From the NCBI GenBank assembly GCA_050179755.1, contig JBFXEV010000001.1, positions 425,994-489,993 on the forward strand: a stretch of DNA of 64,000 nt. The letters are read 5' to 3'. Below the pieces are notes generated by a model. That model was not told where the DNA came from. It searched no databases and saw only the letters and a list, made by a program, of their open reading frames with translations. The translations under genes and the position numbers were made by a program. This stretch comes from Candidatus Babeliales bacterium. GTDB taxonomy: Bacteria > Babelota > Babeliae > Babelales > JBFXEV01. Below are positions 59,896 through 64,000 of the stretch, one piece after another; positions within the stretch are counted from its first letter, which is position 1, and the number at the start of each line of letters is the position of its first letter.

Positions 59896-60354
59896 TTAAT
59901 TTGCAGGCCATTCATAGATACCTTTTTGCCCAAATACTTCATTAATTTCTTCAATTAAACCTTGAGCATTTGCTTTAATAATCGTAATCACAGACTCAAC
60001 ATCACCGTCATTATAGGTAATTTCCCAACGTATAATGCCAGTTCGCTTATCAGCTGTCTCAAGATATTCATGCACTTTAATTTCTTGAATACCAAACTCT
60101 GTTTTAACCGCATTCATTTGCTTAAGCGTCTCAGCCCAATTAGTAGAAACTTCTCGCAAGTTAACCACTTTTTTAGCTGTTGGCGTAAAAAGAGTTTTTA
60201 TCTCTTTAGAAAGATCAGCATCTTGTGGAGCTGTAAATACACGTAAAAACTCAATATACTTTTCACCAACTGATTTTTCTACAGCCATGTTATATCCTAA
60301 ACAATTAAGAGAACTAACGCACATAATTAACATCATAACATACGTAAACATCAC
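59896..60354 (-). CDS. Exported SnoaL/NTF2-like protein
   Basis: LF...AKKVVN, IEEINEVF; related to 17240-17803. Confidence 0.55.
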   Translation of the reverse strand: MMFTYVMMLIMCVSSLNCLGYNMAVEKSVGEKYIEFLRVFTAPQDADLSKEIKTLFTPTAKKVVNLREVSTNWAETLKQMNAVKTEFGIQEIKVHEYLETADKRTGIIRWEITYNDGDVESVITIIKANAQGLIEEINEVFGQKGIYEWPAN

Positions 60355-60761
60355 TGCAGCCCACTTGGCTGGTCTTGATTCATATCTTTTTCTACCATAG
60401 CAACATTCTCTTTAAGGCGCTCTTGCCATTGTTTATTAAATTCAGCATTATCAAGCTCTCGAGAAATACCTGTTGCAAACCCAGCTTGCAAGTTATCGCG
60501 TATTCTAGTGCGTATACGTTGCATTACCTCAAAAGAACTTGCGCAGTTTTCTTCTTTTTTAAGGCATTCCGCCAACACTTGCCACGCTTTTATATAGTCT
60601 TGCAGTAGCTGGTTACATTCATTATCAAAATTTCCCTGGCAGGTAGCTTGTTCAGATAACTCTATATTGTACTTTGAAAGCATAGGCATCTGAGAGGATT
60701 GGCCTTGAAGGGCATTGGTTATGGCAATGGCCACTACTAGGAATAATTTTTGCATATACAA
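60351..60761 (-). CDS. Secreted hypothetical protein
   Basis: Signal peptide; overlaps the next gene by ATGA. Confidence 0.55.
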   Translation of the reverse strand: MYMQKLFLVVAIAITNALQGQSSQMPMLSKYNIELSEQATCQGNFDNECNQLLQDYIKAWQVLAECLKKEENCASSFEVMQRIRTRIRDNLQAGFATGISRELDNAEFNKQWQERLKENVAMVEKDMNQDQPSGLQ

Positions 60762-60861
60762 AACCTTATATCAATCGAACAAAAATTAATAATACTAATT
60801 TGAGTATAACATGACCAGATCGATAATTTAAGAGCTTTTTGCTAGCATAGAGTCAAATTTT

Positions 60862-61188
60862 TTACTTATATCCTTTGAAAAGCTCTTGTGGCTCTTTTCC
60901 TATTAAAGCAAAAAGATGAGCCAAACTTGAAAGCGTTAAATTTGCTTCTCCTCTTTGTATTTTTGCAACATGCGTTGGGCTGGAATCTAAGCGACGGACC
61001 AACTCATTAAAGCCAATGTTGTTTTTCTCCATATAATCGGTTAAAGCATCTGAAATAAGATTTTGAATAAACCTCAAAATCGCAACTTCTCGTTTCGCTT
61101 GCCGCGTTATTTGAGCTATTTCTTTCTTATTAAGTCGCTTTTCTAAATATTTCTCAAAATTGGTTTTTTTCATTATCATTCTCCTCAC
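60862..61188 (-). CDS. XRE-type HTH antitoxin
   Basis: ELVRRLDSSPTHVAKIQRGEANLTLSSL; follows the toxin gene. Confidence 0.75.
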   Translation of the reverse strand: MRRMIMKKTNFEKYLEKRLNKKEIAQITRQAKREVAILRFIQNLISDALTDYMEKNNIGFNELVRRLDSSPTHVAKIQRGEANLTLSSLAHLFALIGKEPQELFKGYK

Positions 61189-61523
61189 ACTTCTAGCAAA
61201 CGATCTCTTGCTATCCGAATATCTCTTTCTTGACTACTTTTATCTCCTGCTGCAAGCACAATTATAATGCAGTTCCCTTGAAAGCCATAATACATTCTAT
61301 AACCAAATTTATACTCTCTTAACTCAAAAAGACCTTGGCCTAACGCCTTACTATGCGGCAATCTTAATGTGTTACCTGCAAAACCAAGCATACGCAGCTC
61401 TTTCGAGATAGCTTTAAATTGCTCTTTAGTTAATTTATCAAGCCATTTTTCAATGGGGCTTTGACTACCAGGAGTCTCCCAAAATTTTACCTGCCATTTC
61501 TTCACTCTATACCTTCGCATCAA
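61185..61523 (-). CDS. RelE/HigB-like type II toxin
   Basis: SPIEKWL, LPHSKALGQGLFELR, YRMYY, GDKSSQERDI..AR. Confidence 0.8.
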   Translation of the reverse strand: MMRRYRVKKWQVKFWETPGSQSPIEKWLDKLTKEQFKAISKELRMLGFAGNTLRLPHSKALGQGLFELREYKFGYRMYYGFQGNCIIIVLAAGDKSSQERDIRIARDRLLEV

Positions 61524-61856
61524 AGAATCTTATTACTACATTTTAATTTACTACATTTCAGTGGAGCACGTCAAGAGCTCTCACTAAACATCAGCAACTC
61601 ATGCTAAATACTAAAGTAGCGAGTAATTCTTACCTGTTTAAATACTCATAGAAACCCTCCACCAAACAATGTTTTCTTATAGAAACAATTGTTTGCTCAA
61701 ATGCGCTCTCTATGCTATACTTCAAACAAATAGGAGTCTTGTTTATGGCTCCTTTTTTTGCATTAAACCTTATTTTTGGATCCGACTTCGCTAAAGCTAT
61801 GTCGTGATTCTAATTACGCCAAAGCTCCAGAGGAGCGACGGCAAATGGAGGATCTC

Positions 61857-62381
61857 ATGAAAAATAAATCAATTTTAATGCTCTCTTTTTTAATACTCCC
61901 ATTGTCCCAAAATGCTGCGTGCTCCCATGCAAAACAGAGTGTGGTGCGTATAACAAACCGCGAAGCATCACTCTTTGACCCAGAACGGTTAGGCCATTTT
62001 GTTGATGCATTGTTTGCATTTTATGAGCAAGATTATACAACACAACTTGAGATTAATGCTATTAAAGCAACCGCTCTTCATAATGCGCGTAAGCAATACC
62101 AATACATTCAAAGACAGGGGTGGAAAATATGCGTCTGGCCACAAGATCTGTTAGAAGATTATCTTGCCGATGCTCTAGCACAACATGCTCGCCAATGCTA
62201 TGAGCACAAAATCAGGATGTATAAACCCTCTCATTATGTTGATAGAGCAGATGAGGTGGAAACAAGCTTTAAAGAGCAAGCTCGTGAAAAGATTAACTCG
62301 GGCAGGTATGGTTGCCTTCGTTTTTTTGTGGGTGAAAGCCTTGAAAAACAAATAGCGCCTTTTTGCACTATAGTTAAGTAA
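61857..62381 (+). CDS. Secreted hypothetical protein, RING-less paralog of the next gene
   Basis: GGAGG RBS, MKNKSILMLS; TQLEI.AIK, L.FFVG..L shared. Confidence 0.7.
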   Translation: MKNKSILMLSFLILPLSQNAACSHAKQSVVRITNREASLFDPERLGHFVDALFAFYEQDYTTQLEINAIKATALHNARKQYQYIQRQGWKICVWPQDLLEDYLADALAQHARQCYEHKIRMYKPSHYVDRADEVETSFKEQAREKINSGRYGCLRFFVGESLEKQIAPFCTIVK

Positions 62382-62415
62382 ATATTGAAAACTAAATCTT
62401 AGTTTGGAGGATCTC

Positions 62416-63552
62416 ATGAAAAACAAATCTATATTAATGCTTTCTTTATGTGTACTCACCTTTGCAACGCACAACATGCAGGCACGCGATAATAGTTGGT
62501 TTGAATACTTTGTAAGTATTTTTTGGAATACTAATAAAGATGCGGAACAGCCAAAACTAGAACCCAGCCTACGCCAAGGCGCCCAGCCTTCGCATAAAGC
62601 TACGGCGGATATAACCGGCGGTCAGGCCGGCCAACAAAATATGCCAAAGCCGTCGGCACCCCCGCTTGAACAACCGCAACAATACAATGCAAAAGCACCT
62701 ACTGCTAAATCAGCGGGCATCACAAATGCTGAGTATAATACTGTGCGGTATCAGATTGAATCTATTATTGATGGGTTATTTGCGACAAAAGAACAAGAAC
62801 ATGCCACTCAGCTTGAAATTCAAGCGATAAAAGATAAAACGTTGCATTGTATTGGTGAGCGCATACGCAACATTGCCACGTTGCCAGAGTTTCGCCAGGC
62901 AGCAAATCACTATCTGACTGAATATCTTACAAAAACTATTGCTTATAATGCACGGCTTTTGTATCAACAAAAAGCAAATAAGCTTGCTGTGCAATTAGTA
63001 CAGAGTCAGCCACTTGCCGAGCATTTAGAAAAAGAAATCAAAACACACGCACTCAAAGCAATCAACTTAAATGAGCCCGGTGTGCTTGCATTCTTTGTAG
63101 GCAAAGCCTTGGATGAACGCGTTGCAGCACAAATAAAACGGGACTTCGCTCCAATCCTTCGACAAGCTCAGGATGAGCGACAAGTAAATAAAGCAAGCAA
63201 ACAGCCTCAATCAATCGTCCAACACCCTAAGCCTAGTGCGCCGCCGGCAGAGCATCATACAGCGATGCGCCCTGAAATCTATGAAGTGTATGTGCATTCA
63301 AATGCAGCACGGTATGAAGAATCTATAGCAAGAATACAACAAGGCAAAGCATTTCGTGATGAGCCTGAATGTGTTATGTGCTTTGAAGAATTTGGCGGCT
63401 CAAGAAAGCGCGTAACGCTTGTATGCGGGCATACTATATGCCCTGCGTGCTTGCAACTTCATTTGCAAAAAAATGATACGTGCCCAACTTGCGCTGAACC
63501 AATTGCGCCAGATGAGTTCCCGGCAGCATATTTACATAAATACAACAATTAA
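62416..63552 (+). CDS. Secreted RING-HC (C3HC4) protein, candidate E3 ligase effector
   Basis: CVMC-x13-CGHTICPAC-x11-CPTC; signal peptide; two PSAPP motifs. Confidence 0.85.
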   Translation: MKNKSILMLSLCVLTFATHNMQARDNSWFEYFVSIFWNTNKDAEQPKLEPSLRQGAQPSHKATADITGGQAGQQNMPKPSAPPLEQPQQYNAKAPTAKSAGITNAEYNTVRYQIESIIDGLFATKEQEHATQLEIQAIKDKTLHCIGERIRNIATLPEFRQAANHYLTEYLTKTIAYNARLLYQQKANKLAVQLVQSQPLAEHLEKEIKTHALKAINLNEPGVLAFFVGKALDERVAAQIKRDFAPILRQAQDERQVNKASKQPQSIVQHPKPSAPPAEHHTAMRPEIYEVYVHSNAARYEESIARIQQGKAFRDEPECVMCFEEFGGSRKRVTLVCGHTICPACLQLHLQKNDTCPTCAEPIAPDEFPAAYLHKYNN

Positions 63553-63586
63553 CTTACATTAATGGGCGCATTTCAAGAACAATAAG

Positions 63587-64000
63587 TTACTGCGATGCGC
63601 CCATTAACCTTTTTACATTCTCGGCAATGCCCTCACGAAAATTCTCTTCACACTTACTGGGATCTAGCAAGTCTAATAGCTTAAAATAGTTAGTGGAATC
63701 CTTCATATTTGCATGTAATTCTGGATGCAATGGACTTAATAATAGAAGCGCCGTATTACGCACAACAACATCATCAACCACTTCTGATTCCATTTTTTTT
63801 GAGCTACACAAATACACGTCTTCTGGGTATACGTAGGTCATGAAGTACCGTATAAGCCCTACATTATTGTCACTTGGTTTTACAATGTTGCATAATGGGC
63901 TTATTCTTGCCACATCATCCCCCATTAGCTGTTCAAACAACGTAAATTTTAAACGCGCACCATGCTCCATCAATAGTTTAATAAGGTCTAAAAGCATTTC
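63587..64000 (-). CDS. C-terminal part of a protein running off the window (ankyrin-like remnant)
   Basis: LIKLLMEHGA; ORF lies at the window edge, so its true start is probably outside. Confidence 0.45.
   Translation of the reverse strand, partial: EMLLDLIKLLMEHGARLKFTLFEQLMGDDVARISPLCNIVKPSDNNVGLIRYFMTYVYPEDVYLCSSKKMESEVVDDVVVRNTALLLLSPLHPELHANMKDSTNYFKLLDLLDPSKCEENFREGIAENVKRLMGASQ

Overview
AT-rich bacterial DNA. The many Sec-signal-bearing ankyrin, WD40 and RING proteins suggest an intracellular parasite of protists, most plausibly Dependentiae/Babeliae (TM6); this is inferred from gene content only. The standout is bases 123-11100: a tandem array of three near-identical signal-peptide-bearing proteins with swapped C-terminal toxin-like tips. 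Two tips are PD-(D/E)XK nuclease-like and one is a His-motif putative RNase. Each is followed by a coupled pair of candidate immunity genes, and the array shows mosaic recombination, a nonsense-inactivated copy and immunity/toxin relics. This reads as a Sec-exported polymorphic toxin system. The rest holds a large secreted-effector repertoire: mature proteins predicted to start with Met after signal cleavage, WD40 and ankyrin proteins with F-box/SOCS-like motifs, a RING protein with two PSAPP motifs, and presequence-like N-termini. There is also a stress/resistance patch (AbiE TA, PadR-UvrA2, TetR, MerR/TipA, deleted IS5), uvrC, clpB, a ChaB-histone-like fusion, a RelE/HigB-type TA pair and several small palindromic repeats, some in-frame inside genes. 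No rRNA, tRNA or CRISPR array was recognised. All family assignments come from motifs read by eye; no searches were run.
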